Of a DNA stretch of 64,000 bases, positions 21,828 to 33,804 are shown piece after piece (position 1 is the stretch's first letter; every line of letters starts with the position of its first letter). Under the pieces are notes generated by a model. It was given only the letters and a program-made list of their open reading frames with translations. It searched no databases and had not been told where the DNA came from. The translations under genes and the position numbers were made by a program. The DNA is from an uncultured Actinomycetota bacterium (lineage in GTDB: Bacteria > Actinomycetota > Actinomycetes > Actinomycetales > Microbacteriaceae), in contig CAVYWV010000002.1 of the NCBI GenBank assembly GCA_963772395.1, positions 1,342,845 through 1,406,844 of the forward strand, in the 5' to 3' direction.

Positions 21828-23119
21828 GTGAAGCAGTCACTGAGCGTCGCCGAGGCGCGGCGGATCGCCCTCGCCGCGCAGGGCTTCGCGCAGCGGCGGC
21901 CCGACGAGCCGGGCACGCGGCAGCTGAACACCGCGATGGCGCGCATGGCGACGCTGCAGATCGACTCGGTGAACGTCTTCGCCCGCTCGCACTACATGCC
22001 GCTGTTCTCCCGACTCGGTGCCTACGACACCGGCGCACTCGACCGATTGCTCTTCGCCCGACGCGCGCCGTACGTGGAGTTCTGGGCGCACATGGCCTCG
22101 TTCGTCCCCGCCGCAGACTGGGGCCTGTTCCGCTTCCGGATGGATGAGATGCGCGCGAAGTACGCAGCGCCGGGCGGTTGGTTCGACACGCACCGCGAGA
22201 TCGTCGACTGGGTTCGGTCGGAGCTGGCCGACCGGGGGCCCCTGCGGCCGGCGCAGATCGAGCACGATGCCCAGCAGGGCGCCCGTGGTCCGTGGTGGGA
22301 CTGGGACGTCGTCAAGCACGCGCTCGAGTACCTGTGGCTGTTCGGCGAGGTCGCGATCGCGGGGCGACGCGGTTTCGAGCGGCGTTACGGCTTGGCCGAG
22401 CATGTGCTGCCCCGATGATGCGCTCGCCGCGCCGGTCGCGCGCGAGGACGCGATTCGCGAGCTCATCGCGCGGGCAGCCCGGGCGCACGGCGTCGGCACG
22501 GCGTCTGATCTGGCCGACTACTGGCGCATCAAGGACCGGCGCGCCGTCATGGCCGCGATCGGCGACCTGCAGGATGCCGGGGGTGCTGCAGCCCGTCACG
22601 GTCCGGGGCTGGCAGTCGGCCGGTCGTCCGGCCAAGGCGTGGGTGCACAGCGACGCCGCACTCCCCCGCCGCGTCGATGCGGCCGCGATCCTCACCCCGT
22701 TCGATCCGGTCGTCTGGTTCCGCGACCGCGCCGAGCGGCTCTTCGACTTCGAGTACCGCATCGAGATCTACACCCCTGCGCCTCAGCGGCGCTTCGGGTA
22801 CTACTCCCTGCCGGTGCTCATCGGCGACGACATCGTCGGCCGCGTCGATCTCAAAGCCGATCGGGCGGCATCGACCCTGCGGGTGCAGTCCGCCTGGTGG
22901 GAGCGGGGGCGACCGGCGGATGCCGCTGCGCGGCTGGCCGACGAGTTGCGTTCTGCCGCCCGCTGGCAGGGTCTGGCGTCGATCTCGGTCTCGCGGTGGG
23001 GTGATGCCACCGATGACCTGGCGGACGTCCTGCCCGAAGCCCGTCGGCACGAGGCGCGCGCCGCGGAGCCGACCGAGCTGGCCGCGGACGAACCGGAGCC
23101 CGCCGATATCGGAGCGTGA
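21828..23119 (+). CDS. YcaQ/AlkZ (HTH_42) DNA glycosylase family protein (frameshifts near 22410 and 22580)
   Basis: ARRIALAAQG, LQIDSVNVFARSH, WAH.AS, LTPFDPVVW.R.R, YRIEIYTP...RFGYY. Confidence 0.9.
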
Positions 23120-23138
23120 ACGGCGCCGCTGGGGATCG

Positions 23139-24236
23139 TCAGGACCCCGGGATGCCGGTCACTTCGAGTCCGAGCCAGGCAGCCAGCTCCCGCACCTCGG
23201 CGTGGACGCCCTCGGTCGTCTCGGGTGTGAACGGCTCGTCTTCGTGGATGGCCGCGACCCGGAGGACGCCGGCCTTGCGGTCGGCTGCGGCATCCAGCTT
23301 TCCCACGAGTGAGTCGCCGTGCAGGATCGGGAGCGCGAAGTAGCCCCAGCGACGCTTCGCCGCCGGCTTGTACATCTCCACGATGTACTCGAATCCGAAG
23401 ACATCCTGCGCGCGGGCCCGGTCGAAGACGAGGCGATCGAACGGCGACAGCAGCGCGGTGCGCGACTCGACGGTCCCGATCGCCTCGAGCAGCGCGGGAT
23501 CGACGCGCCATTCTCCGGCCACGCCGTCGATCGACGCCGGCTCCCCCGCGTCGCCCACGTCGATCGGCTCGACGGGCTGCGTCGTGGCCTTCGGCCGCGC
23601 GACGCCGAGGTACCCCAGGCGGCGATCGGCACGCAGTCGGGCGGCATCCTCGTCAGACAGCTGATCGACATCGGCCGGGTACACCCGTTCGGCGATGTCC
23701 CACACGCGATCTCTGCCTTGACGGCGCGATACCGCGACCTCGCCGCGCATCGACAGGAACTCGAGCATCTGGGTCACGTTCCGGTCGTTCGTCCAGCCCG
23801 TCGACTTCCAGGACACCTGGCTCGTGTCGGGGATCTCACCACCACGCAGCGGTCCCTCCGCACGCAGTCGATCCAGGACGTTCCGGCGGAAGGTGTCATT
23901 CGCCTCGAGCCACTCACGCTGGTCGCGATAGCGAGGCCATGCGCGCATGATCGGCAGATAGAGGGGGAGGTCCGCCATGGTGCGATAGAAGCCCGCCCAC
24001 TCGAAGATCGCGCGGTCCTGCTCCATGGCGCGCACCAGGTCGGCGGGCTGGTAGGGCCAGCCGATCCTGCTCCACAGGATGTGGTCGGCACTGGGCGCGA
24101 CAGCGGCGGTCGGATCGATGTTCACCAGGCCCAGCCCGTCGACGGTCTCGACGATCCCACCCGGACGATCGGCGGTCAGCAGCTGAGCCCGGACGGCGAT
24201 GCGGCGCGCATCCTGCGGCGTGAGGCGGTGCGTCAG
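23139..24236 (-). CDS. Second YcaQ/AlkZ (HTH_42) family protein
   Basis: ARRIAVRAQLL, NIDPT, LLSPFDRLV.DR.R, EMYKPAAKRRWGYF; start codon unclear. Confidence 0.85.
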   Translation of the reverse strand: MTHRLTPQDARRIAVRAQLLTADRPGGIVETVDGLGLVNIDPTAAVAPSADHILWSRIGWPYQPADLVRAMEQDRAIFEWAGFYRTMADLPLYLPIMRAWPRYRDQREWLEANDTFRRNVLDRLRAEGPLRGGEIPDTSQVSWKSTGWTNDRNVTQMLEFLSMRGEVAVSRRQGRDRVWDIAERVYPADVDQLSDEDAARLRADRRLGYLGVARPKATTQPVEPIDVGDAGEPASIDGVAGEWRVDPALLEAIGTVESRTALLSPFDRLVFDRARAQDVFGFEYIVEMYKPAAKRRWGYFALPILHGDSLVGKLDAAADRKAGVLRVAAIHEDEPFTPETTEGVHAEVRELAAWLGLEVTGIPGS

Positions 24237-25120
24237 AACTCGCCCCCCATCGTCTTGAGCCGCTCGATGCGCTCCGGGATCGGCGGGTGCGTCGCGAACA
24301 TGCGGGCCAGGGCATTGGGCTTGAGCGGATCGGCGATCCACAGATGCGCCATCGAGGTGTTCGCCTTCTTCAGCGGGGCGCCGAACTCCCCCAGTTTGGC
24401 GAGCGCCGACGCGAGCCCGTCCGGGTCGCGCGTGGTCATCGCACTGGTCGCGTCGGCGAGGTACTCGCGCTGGCGTGAGATCGCGGCTTGAACCGCTCCT
24501 GCCAGGAGCGGCGCGATCAGCGCGGCGACCACGCCGAAGATGAGGAACAGCAGCTGCGCCTGGCCGTTTCCCCCGCGGCGACCGCCTCCGAAGAAGGCGA
24601 ATCGCATGAACAGATCCGCGAGGATGCCGACCGCGACGACGAGGCCGAAGACGACCAGCGACACCCGGATGTCGTAGTTGCGGATGTGGCCGAGCTCATG
24701 GCCCAGCACGCCTTCGAGCTCCCGATCGGTCATGAGCTCGAACAGTCCGGTCGTGACCGTGATCGAGGCCTCTTCGGGCTTGCGGCCGGTCGCGAACGCG
24801 TTCGGCGCGGGGTCGTCCACGACATACAGCGTGGGCATCGGCGTGCCGGTCGCGATGCACAGGTTCTCGACGAGTCGGTAGTACCTCGGGGCATCTTGGC
24901 GATCGACCCGCAGAGCCCCCGACATGGCGATCGCCTCGCGATCGGCGAAGAAGTACTGGAAAGTCGCGTACCCCGTCGCGAAGACGAGGATGAACGCGGT
25001 GATCCACCAGTTGTTGCCGGCCAGCCAGCCTGCCAGCAGACCGATCGCCCCGAGCAGCAGGATGAAGGCGCCCAGGATGAACCAGGTGTTGCGCTTGTTG
25101 CGCGCGATGGCGCTGTACAC
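24233..25120 (-). CDS. htpX: M48 family zinc metalloprotease HtpX
   Basis: PNAFATG, HELGH, SRQREYLAD, THPP. Confidence 0.95.
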   Translation of the reverse strand: MYSAIARNKRNTWFILGAFILLLGAIGLLAGWLAGNNWWITAFILVFATGYATFQYFFADREAIAMSGALRVDRQDAPRYYRLVENLCIATGTPMPTLYVVDDPAPNAFATGRKPEEASITVTTGLFELMTDRELEGVLGHELGHIRNYDIRVSLVVFGLVVAVGILADLFMRFAFFGGGRRGGNGQAQLLFLIFGVVAALIAPLLAGAVQAAISRQREYLADATSAMTTRDPDGLASALAKLGEFGAPLKKANTSMAHLWIADPLKPNALARMFATHPPIPERIERLKTMGGEF

Positions 25121-25128
25121 GGGCTAGT

Positions 25129-25698
25129 TCAGAACTGAACGCGCGGGGGCTCCGAGATCGCGGCGCCGTCGACGACCTCGAAGAACTCCCGCTCGTGGAA
25201 ACCGAGGTTGCGGGCGAACAGGTTGTTCGGGAACACCTTGATCTTCGTGTTGAGCTCGCGGACGCCGCCGTTGTAGAAGCGGCGCGAGGCCTGGATCTTG
25301 TCTTCGGTGTCGACGATCGACTGCTGGAGCTGGAGGAAGTTCTGGCTCGCCTGCAGCTGCGGATAGGCCTCCGCGACGGCGAACAGCGACTTCAGCGCCT
25401 GTTGCATGTGACCCTCGGCGACGCCGGCTTCGGCCGGGCCGCCGGCCGTCAGCGTCTCGGCTCGCGCGCGTGTGACGTTCTCGAAGACGGCCTTCTCATG
25501 GGCCGCATAGCCCTTTACCGCCTCGATCAGGTTCGGCAGCAGGTCGGCCCGTCGCTTCAGCTGGACCGTGATGTCGCTCCACGCCTCGTCGACGCGCACG
25601 TTGAGTGCGACGAGCGAGTTGTATGTCGCCCACAGGTAGATGCCGACGATGACGACGAGCGCCACGACGATCAGTACCGGGATCAGCCATTCCCACAT
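25129..25698 (-). CDS. lemA: LemA family protein
   Basis: N-terminal TM, YN.LV, QLKRRADLLPNL, EAYPQL.A, FP.NL.A. Confidence 0.95.
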   Translation of the reverse strand: MWEWLIPVLIVVALVVIVGIYLWATYNSLVALNVRVDEAWSDITVQLKRRADLLPNLIEAVKGYAAHEKAVFENVTRARAETLTAGGPAEAGVAEGHMQQALKSLFAVAEAYPQLQASQNFLQLQQSIVDTEDKIQASRRFYNGGVRELNTKIKVFPNNLFARNLGFHEREFFEVVDGAAISEPPRVQF

Positions 25699-25779
25699 GC
25701 CCGTGACTCCGTTCGAGGTTTCCCTCATCCTAGCCATCGGTGCGGCCGCAGATCAGAGCCGTCTCACGACTCTCAGCCC

Positions 25780-27094
25780 TTACTCACCGAGCACGCGGTC
25801 GAGATAGCGATTGCGGAACATCCGATCGGGGTCGAGCCGGTCGCGCAGGGCGACGAAGTCGTCGAATCGGGGGTACCGGTCGCGGAGGATCGAGGCATCC
25901 AGGGTGTGCATCTTGCCCCAGTGGGGTCGTCCCCCGTGGGCGAGCATGATCTGCTCGACGGCCTCGAAGTACTCGGTGGGGTCTTCCCGCCAATACCGGT
26001 GCACCGCGATGTAGCCCGACGCCCTGCCATGCGCGGTCGAGAGCCACAGGTCGTCGGCCGCGGCGAAGCGGACCTCGACAGGGAATGAGATGCGCCACCC
26101 TTCGTCGTCGACGAGCCCGCGAAGCTCGTCGAACGCGCGGCGCACCTCCTCGACGGGCAGGGCGTACTCCATCTCGCGGAAACGCACCGACCGCTCGGTC
26201 GCGAACACGCGGTGCGAGAAATCGGTGAACTCGCGGTTGCCCCACATGCGCACGGACGTCCGACTGATCGCGGGCACCGTCGGGGGCAGGGTCCGCGCGA
26301 CGCTGCACGCCACCTGGTGCAGACCGTTGCCGACGACGACGTCATCGATCCACTTGCCGACGCGGGGCAGCGGGTGGCGCACAGCGCTCTCGGGCAGGCG
26401 GGTGTTCGTCTTCGTCATCGCCCGGTCGGTGTGCGGGAACCAGTAGAACTCGAAGTGATCGGATGCCGCGACCCGGGCATCGAGCCCCTCGAGCACGGGA
26501 TCGAGCTCTTCGGGACGCTCGACGGCGTGCAGCAGGAATGCGGGAACGCACTGCAGCGTGACCTCGACGAGGATGCCGAGCAGCGCCGAGCCCCAACGCG
26601 ACCGCCGGCAGCAGTTCGCTGTTCTGGCTCTCGTCCACGACGAGCAGCTCGCCGTCAGCCGTGACCAGCGTCGCAGCGGTGACCTGCGTGGCGATGCCGC
26701 CGAAACGGGCACCTGTGCCGTGCGTGCCGGTGGAGATGGCGCCCGAGATCGACTGACGGTCGATGTCGCCGAGATTGGGCATCGCGAGGCCATACCTGGC
26801 CAGCAGTCCGGGAATGCGGTGCAGACGCGTGCCGGCTCTCAACGTCGCGCGTCCGGTCTCACGGTCGGCGGCGACGAGCCCCGTGAGGTCCGTCAGATCC
26901 AGCAGCACCCCCGGAGCGACGGCGATACCCGTGAAGCTGTGGCCCGCACCCACCGCCTTGACGTGCATCCCGCGCAGGGCGGCGGCCTTGACGGCGCGCT
27001 GGACCGCCGAGGTGGTCGCCGGGAACTCCACACGCTGGGGGCGCACCTTCGCCGTGCGAGCCCAGTTCTGCCACTCTGCACCCGGCCTGGTCAC
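25780..27094 (-). CDS. FAD-linked aldonolactone (D-arabinono-1,4-lactone) oxidase family protein (frameshift near 26590)
   Basis: WQNWA, VGAGHSF, GAISTGTHG, FREMEY, FPVEVR, GRPHWGK. Confidence 0.9.
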
Positions 27095-28350
27095 AGGAAC
27101 GCCTTTCCTTCGCCTCGGTACGTGGGCGACTCACCCACCAGTCGACCACCGTCGACGACGTGATATCTGTCGACGCGCTCGGCGAGCTCCCCGCTCTTGG
27201 AGTGCCGGAACCACACGCGGTCGCCGACACGCAACGCTCGGGCCGCGTCGCCCTGCAGGGGCGTCTGCACTTCTCCCGCGCCCTCGCGAGAGAGGGTCCT
27301 CAGCCCGGCGGGCCACACCGGCAGCGGCTGGCGGGACGCCACCGGCGGCCCGGATGCGATCCAGCCGCCGCCGAGCACCGTCGCGATGTCGGGCAGCGGC
27401 TTGCGCACGACATCGAGGGCGAATGCCGCCGCCGGCGCAGGATCGAACGCCCGGTATCCGTCGAACAGGTGGCCGGCCAGCAGCCCGCTGCCGGCGGTCA
27501 GTTCTGTGACGGCCAGATCGGATGCCGTCAGCTCGAGCGATCCGGTTCCGCCGCCGTTGACGAACTCGAGCGGCGCGATGTCGCGCAGCGCGCCGACGAT
27601 CGCCGCCCGACGGTCCAGCAGCTCCTGCGCCGACCGCCGCTGCATCCAGCGGATCACGCCGTCGCTGGAACCGGTCGCATCGCCCTGGCCGGCGATCTGG
27701 GCTTCGTACATCATGAGACCCACGAGGCGGAATCCCGCCCTCGCCGCGATCGCACGTGCCAGGTTGGCGACCTCGCCCGGCTCGTGCACCGGGGAGCGCC
27801 GCACCCCGATGTGCCCCAGGCCGGGCGCACGCCAGGACGCATCGGCATCGATCGCGACGCGCAGCATCGTGCGCGAGTTCGGCGCCGCGACGGAGTCGAC
27901 GACATCGAGCTGCGCGAGGTCGTCGACCATGAGCGTCACCCGGCTCGCCGCACGCTCGTCTGCGGCCAGCACGGCAAGCGCAGCGCGGTCGACGCTCGGG
28001 TACCCCAGCACGACGTCATCATGCGTCTCGGCGAGCCACAGCGCCTCCGGGAGCGTGAACGCGAGGATGCCGTGGTATCCCGGGAGGGCGAGCGTCGCGT
28101 CGAGGACGTCGCGCACGCGTACCGACTTGCTCGCCACGCGGATCGGCACGCCACTGGAGCGCACGACCATATCGAGCGCGTTGTACCGCAGCGCCGCGAG
28201 GTTCAGCGCCGCAACCGGGCCGGACACCCCGGCCACGGCATCCGTCATCGCCTCCCAGTACACCTGCGGATCGGCCCACGGAGTACCGGAATCGACGCCC
28301 GCGAGCAGGTCGATCGTCATCGCATCACGCTCTTCGGCGAGTGGGCGCAC
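27091..28350 (-). CDS. Fold-type III PLP enzyme (alanine racemase / DSD1-like deaminase-aldolase)
   Basis: RVASKSVR PLP lysine, MMYEAQIAG, NGGGTGS, EGAGEVQTP, FRHSKSGE; start may be ATG 28320. Confidence 0.85.
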   Translation of the reverse strand: MRPLAEERDAMTIDLLAGVDSGTPWADPQVYWEAMTDAVAGVSGPVAALNLAALRYNALDMVVRSSGVPIRVASKSVRVRDVLDATLALPGYHGILAFTLPEALWLAETHDDVVLGYPSVDRAALAVLAADERAASRVTLMVDDLAQLDVVDSVAAPNSRTMLRVAIDADASWRAPGLGHIGVRRSPVHEPGEVANLARAIAARAGFRLVGLMMYEAQIAGQGDATGSSDGVIRWMQRRSAQELLDRRAAIVGALRDIAPLEFVNGGGTGSLELTASDLAVTELTAGSGLLAGHLFDGYRAFDPAPAAAFALDVVRKPLPDIATVLGGGWIASGPPVASRQPLPVWPAGLRTLSREGAGEVQTPLQGDAARALRVGDRVWFRHSKSGELAERVDRYHVVDGGRLVGESPTYRGEGKAFL

Positions 28351-28399
28351 ATGCCCTCCAGCCTACGACTCGCCGCGCACCGCCGACGTACGCCGCCGC

Positions 28400-28476
28400 T
28401 GGTGCCCCCGCCGGGATTCGAACCCGGACTGAAGCGATTTTAAGTCGCCTGCCTCTGCCGGTTGGGCTACGGGGGC
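28400..28476 (-). tRNA. tRNA-Leu (anticodon UAA), CCA encoded
   Basis: GCCCCCG acceptor stem, GGCGA-CTTAAAA-TCGCT anticodon arm, CCGGG-TTCGAAT-CCCGG T arm, ACCA end; 77 nt. Confidence 0.95.
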
Positions 28477-28508
28477 GCGCACGTGAGCGAACGCCTCCAC
28501 GGTACCGG

Positions 28509-29933
28509 TCAGCTGGTCGCGACGACCTTCTCTGCGGGCGCGGCGGTCACGGCCTTCGCCGGCGCCGCCTCGACGGGCTGCGGCGGACGCGGGCGTGCGG
28601 CGAACTCCTCGAAGACGTAGCGCGGGTCCTGCACCGCCTGCAGGTTCACCAGGTCGCGGCCGAGCCAGAGGTTGTTCCACCAGCCCCACACCACGCGGAA
28701 CTTGCGCTCCCACGAGGGCATCGCCAGACCGTGGTAGCCGCGGTGGGCGACCCAGGCGACGAAGCCCTTGAGCGCGATCTTGCCGGACTGGAACACGCCG
28801 TTGTACAGGCCGAGACCCGCGACCGCACCGAGGTTCTTGTGGAAGTACTCGTGGGGCACCTCGCCGCGCAGCACGGCGACGAGGTTCTTCGCGAGCAGCT
28901 TGGCCTGACGGACGGCGTGCTGCGCGTTGGGCACGCAGTAGCCGCCGACTCCCCCGCCGGTCAGGTCGGGAACGGCCGAGACGTCACCGGCCGCCCACGC
29001 GCCCTCGACGATCTCGTCTTCGGTGCCCACCCGCAGGTCGGCGCGCGTGCGGATGCGACCGCGCTCTTCGACGGGCAGATCGCCGCCGCGCACGACGGTC
29101 GGGTTGGCCATGACGCCGGCGGTCCAGATGATCAGGTCGCTCGGGATCACCTCGCCGGTGGAGAGCTCGACGTTGCCGTCGACGGCTCCGGTGACCTGGG
29201 TGTCGAGGTGCACGAACGCACCGCGCTTGGCGAGGTCCTTGAGCACCCACTCGCTCGTCTTGAGCGAGACCTCGGGCATGATCCGGCTCATCGCCTCGAT
29301 GAGGTGGAAGTGCGTGTCGCTGAACGTGACCTCGGGGTAGCGGCCGACCAGGGCGGAGGCGAAGTTGCGCAGCTCGGCGAACACCTCGATGCCGGCGAAG
29401 CCGCCGCCGATCACGACGACCGTCAGCAGGCGATCGCGGTCGGGACCGGGAGGCAGCACCGATGCCTTGTCGAAGTTCGACATCAGGCGGTCGCGGATGG
29501 CGACGGCCTCTTCGATCGTCTTGAGGCCGATCGCGTTGTCGGCGATGCCGGGGATCGGGAAGGTGCGCGAGACCGCACCGGCGGTCACGACGATCTGGTC
29601 GTACTCGAGCTCGTACGGGTCGCCGACGATCGGCGTGATCGTCGCGACCTTGTCGGCGTGATTGATGCCGGTGACCTTCGCGGCGACGATCTTCGTCTTC
29701 TTGAGGTGACGACGCAGCGCGACCACCGAGTGGCGCGCCTCGATCGAACCGGCGGCGACCTCGGGGAGGAACGGCTGGTAGGTCATGTACGGCAGCGGGT
29801 CGACGACCGTGACCTCGGCTTCGCCCTTGCGCAGGTGCTTCTCGAGCTTCCAGGCGGTGTAGAAGCCTGCGTAGCCGCCACCGACGATGAGGATCTTGGG
29901 CACGCGGTTCTTCACAGGCGCAGTGTTGCTCAC
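28509..29933 (-). CDS. ndh: Type II NADH dehydrogenase-like FAD oxidoreductase
   Basis: IVGGGYAG, YQPFLPEVAAG, IGGGFAGIE, WTAG, AAGD, PNAQHA. Confidence 0.9.
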   Translation of the reverse strand: MSNTAPVKNRVPKILIVGGGYAGFYTAWKLEKHLRKGEAEVTVVDPLPYMTYQPFLPEVAAGSIEARHSVVALRRHLKKTKIVAAKVTGINHADKVATITPIVGDPYELEYDQIVVTAGAVSRTFPIPGIADNAIGLKTIEEAVAIRDRLMSNFDKASVLPPGPDRDRLLTVVVIGGGFAGIEVFAELRNFASALVGRYPEVTFSDTHFHLIEAMSRIMPEVSLKTSEWVLKDLAKRGAFVHLDTQVTGAVDGNVELSTGEVIPSDLIIWTAGVMANPTVVRGGDLPVEERGRIRTRADLRVGTEDEIVEGAWAAGDVSAVPDLTGGGVGGYCVPNAQHAVRQAKLLAKNLVAVLRGEVPHEYFHKNLGAVAGLGLYNGVFQSGKIALKGFVAWVAHRGYHGLAMPSWERKFRVVWGWWNNLWLGRDLVNLQAVQDPRYVFEEFAARPRPPQPVEAAPAKAVTAAPAEKVVATS

Positions 29934-29955
29934 GGTGGGGGATACTCCTGGGGTG

Positions 29956-31231
29956 TCAGCGGCTCGGCGTCCGGGACGCCATTCGGATACGTCGGACAGC
30001 TGCGGTGACGCCGAGAGCCACCAGTATAGCCGCCGCCGAGCCCGGCCATCAGCGGAAGGGTCCCGTAGAGGAGCGTGTCCGACGACGGCAGAAGCGGCGA
30101 GGCGGTGCGCGTGGCTGAATCGGCCGGAGGGAGCGGCGCGATCTCGACCGGCTCCGCGGTCGGCACCGGCGCCGGACCGCTGTCGGCGCGCCGGTAGAGG
30201 CGGATCCAGTCGGTGAGGCTGCCCATCGGGTTCGCCGTCACCGACGGCACGGACGCAGAGACCGCGGCGGCGGCATCCACCAGTCCGGCGCCGTAGAGCA
30301 GCGGGTCGGCGGCGCCGATGACGCCCGCCGGCTGGCGGGTGGTCTCGATGATGCGGTTGATGACGTTGTTCGCGTCCATATCGGGATGCGCCGCACGAAC
30401 CAGCGCCGCGATGCCGGCCACGATCGGCGCCGCCCCACTGGTGCCGTTCCACAGCACGAGCCGTCCGTCAGCGGAGACACCGACGAGGTTCTCGCTCGGC
30501 GCCGAGACGCCGAGCGTGATGCCCTGCGTGGATGCCTCGACGCTCGCCCTGCCCTGCCGGTCGACGCCGGCGACCGTCAGCACGCCGGGGATCGTCGCCG
30601 GCGCGCCCACCCGCGAGGTGCCGCTGCCGCGGTTGCCCGCCGCCACGACGACCACGACGTCGTTCTCGAAGGCGTACAGGAAGGCGGAGTCCCAGCTCTC
30701 GTCCCAGTCGGGGGTGTTGGTCGTCAGCGAGAGGTTGATGACGTCGGCGCCGTTGTCGACCGACCAGCGGATCGCCTCGGCGATCTGGTCGGCGAACGGG
30801 ACCTTCGCGGACGAGCCGAACCCGACCGAGACGGCCAGCAGCTCGGCCTGGGGCGCCACGCCGATCATGCCGGTGTTCGCGCCGGTGCCCCGGGCGCCGG
30901 CGAGGGATGCCACCCAGCTGCCGTGGTTCGCGTCGACCGCGCCGACCGGCGTGCGACCGTCGGACGAGCCCATGCCCGAGACGTCGGTGCCGCCGACGAC
31001 GGCGCCCTCGAACTCGACCGGACCCCGGGCGACGCCGGTGTCGATGATCGCGATGCGGACGCCGCGCGCCGCGGGTCGTGCTCCACGCATCCCTGATGCC
31101 GTAGTCGTCCAGCCAGTACTCGGCGGCACGGACCGGGTCGGGGTTCGGCGCCACCGGCGACGACGCTCGCGCCGGTGAGCAGCGCGACGGCGCACGACCG
31201 CCGCCGCTGCCGAAAGGACCCTGCGGATCAT
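29956..31231 (-). CDS. Membrane-anchored S8 serine protease, mycosin-like (frameshifts near N- and C-termini)
   Basis: Triad IIDTG / HGSWVAS / GTSGAAP, AAGN, YGAG, Pro linker, C-terminal TM ending RRIRMASRTPSR*. Confidence 0.88.
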
Positions 31232-31749
31232 CCCGCGGCCCCGGGCTCGGCGCACACGCAGCGATCGGGCGACCACGTCGAGCAGGGCGAGCGCGCGATC
31301 GCCGATCGGATTCACGCCGGGTCCCGCGGCCAGCGCGTGAGCGGCGAGCGCGTGCAGGCACTTCACGCGGGTCGGCATCCCGCCGGCCGAGATGCCGTCG
31401 ATCTCCTCGACCACGCCGAACGCCGAACGATCGTGCAGGTACGCCTCATGCGCGCCGCGCGTACGCCTCGCGCCACCTCGGGTTCGTCCGCGAGCTCGTC
31501 GCTCAGCGTCCGCATCACCTGAGTGGCTTCCAGTCCCGACATCGCCGCCGTCGCGGCCGGATGCGTCAGGTAGTAGAACGTCGGGAACGGGGTGCCGTCT
31601 TCGAGCCGCGGCGCGGTGGCCGCGACCGTCGGATTGCCGCACACGCACCGCGCCGCGATGCCGACGACCCCGCGCGCGGGACGACCGAGCTGGGCGCGCA
31701 GAACGGTCAGATCGGTCTCGCTGACGGGCGGGAACGGCGGCGTGGTCAC
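31228..31749 (-). CDS. DUF501 family protein (frameshifts)
   Basis: QLGRPARGV, PRLEDGTPFPTFYYLT, SAGGMPTRVKCLHAL.AH. Confidence 0.92.
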
Positions 31750-31809
31750 GGTCTCCAGGCTACCGTCAGCGCCTGTGATGCCCCTGGAGGACGCATGCCG
31801 CACGCCGCC

Positions 31810-32355
31810 TCACGGGATGACGGCGGGCGTGTCGCTGGGCTCCGGATCGGGCACGCCGATCGTGGGCGCCTTCACGGTCTGCGCGATGCCGGCCTCGGTC
31901 ACCGAGCGCACGAACTGCGACATCCAGTCGGTGCGGGTCTGCTCGACATCGTCGCTCACCGGCGCCTGCTCCTGCGGCACGAGCGCCGGCGGCAGATCGT
32001 CGTCGACGAGGTAGACGACTTCTCCCGGCTTGACGTAGTACAGCCGCTCGCGCGCCTGCGTCGTGATGTACGCCGGGATCGGTCCAGCGGTCGCGCTGCG
32101 CCTCGAGGTCGGCGACGTCTTCGCGACTCACCTCGACCGCGGCCTGCAGCGCGGCGATCTGCTGACGCTGATCGACGTACGTGCCGATCGTCGGGACGAG
32201 CACGAAGGCCGCGAGCACGACCAGGCCCATCATGATCACCATGAAGCCGGAGAGGCGGATGCCGCCCAGCCAGCCGCGGACGTCGACCGGGTCGCCGTGG
32301 CCGGCGGCGGCGCGCGCCGCGGGACACGAGAAGGGGGAGCCGTCGTGTCTGCCAC
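31810..32355 (-). CDS. ftsB: Septum formation initiator FtsB/DivIC (frameshifts)
   Basis: TM, coiled coil, [19 protein letters not shown]; directly after eno. Confidence 0.88.
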
Positions 32356-32407
32356 GGCTCCCCCGTCTCTTGCCGGCTGCGGTGCAGTGCGGCTCGAAAA
32401 GACTGTC

Positions 32408-33804
<1,397 letters not shown>

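Noticed and set aside
28350-28400. Genomic island integrated at tRNA-Leu
   Set aside because: No integrase, no duplicated tRNA 3' end seen, and ordinary chromosomal genes follow
28509-30452. 647-aa NDH-2 with long N-terminal extension
   Set aside because: The extension is an off-frame reading of the S8 protease; NDH homology starts near 29933
29956-31231. Type VII secretion locus
   Set aside because: Only a mycosin-like protease; no EccB/C/D or WXG100 genes in the window
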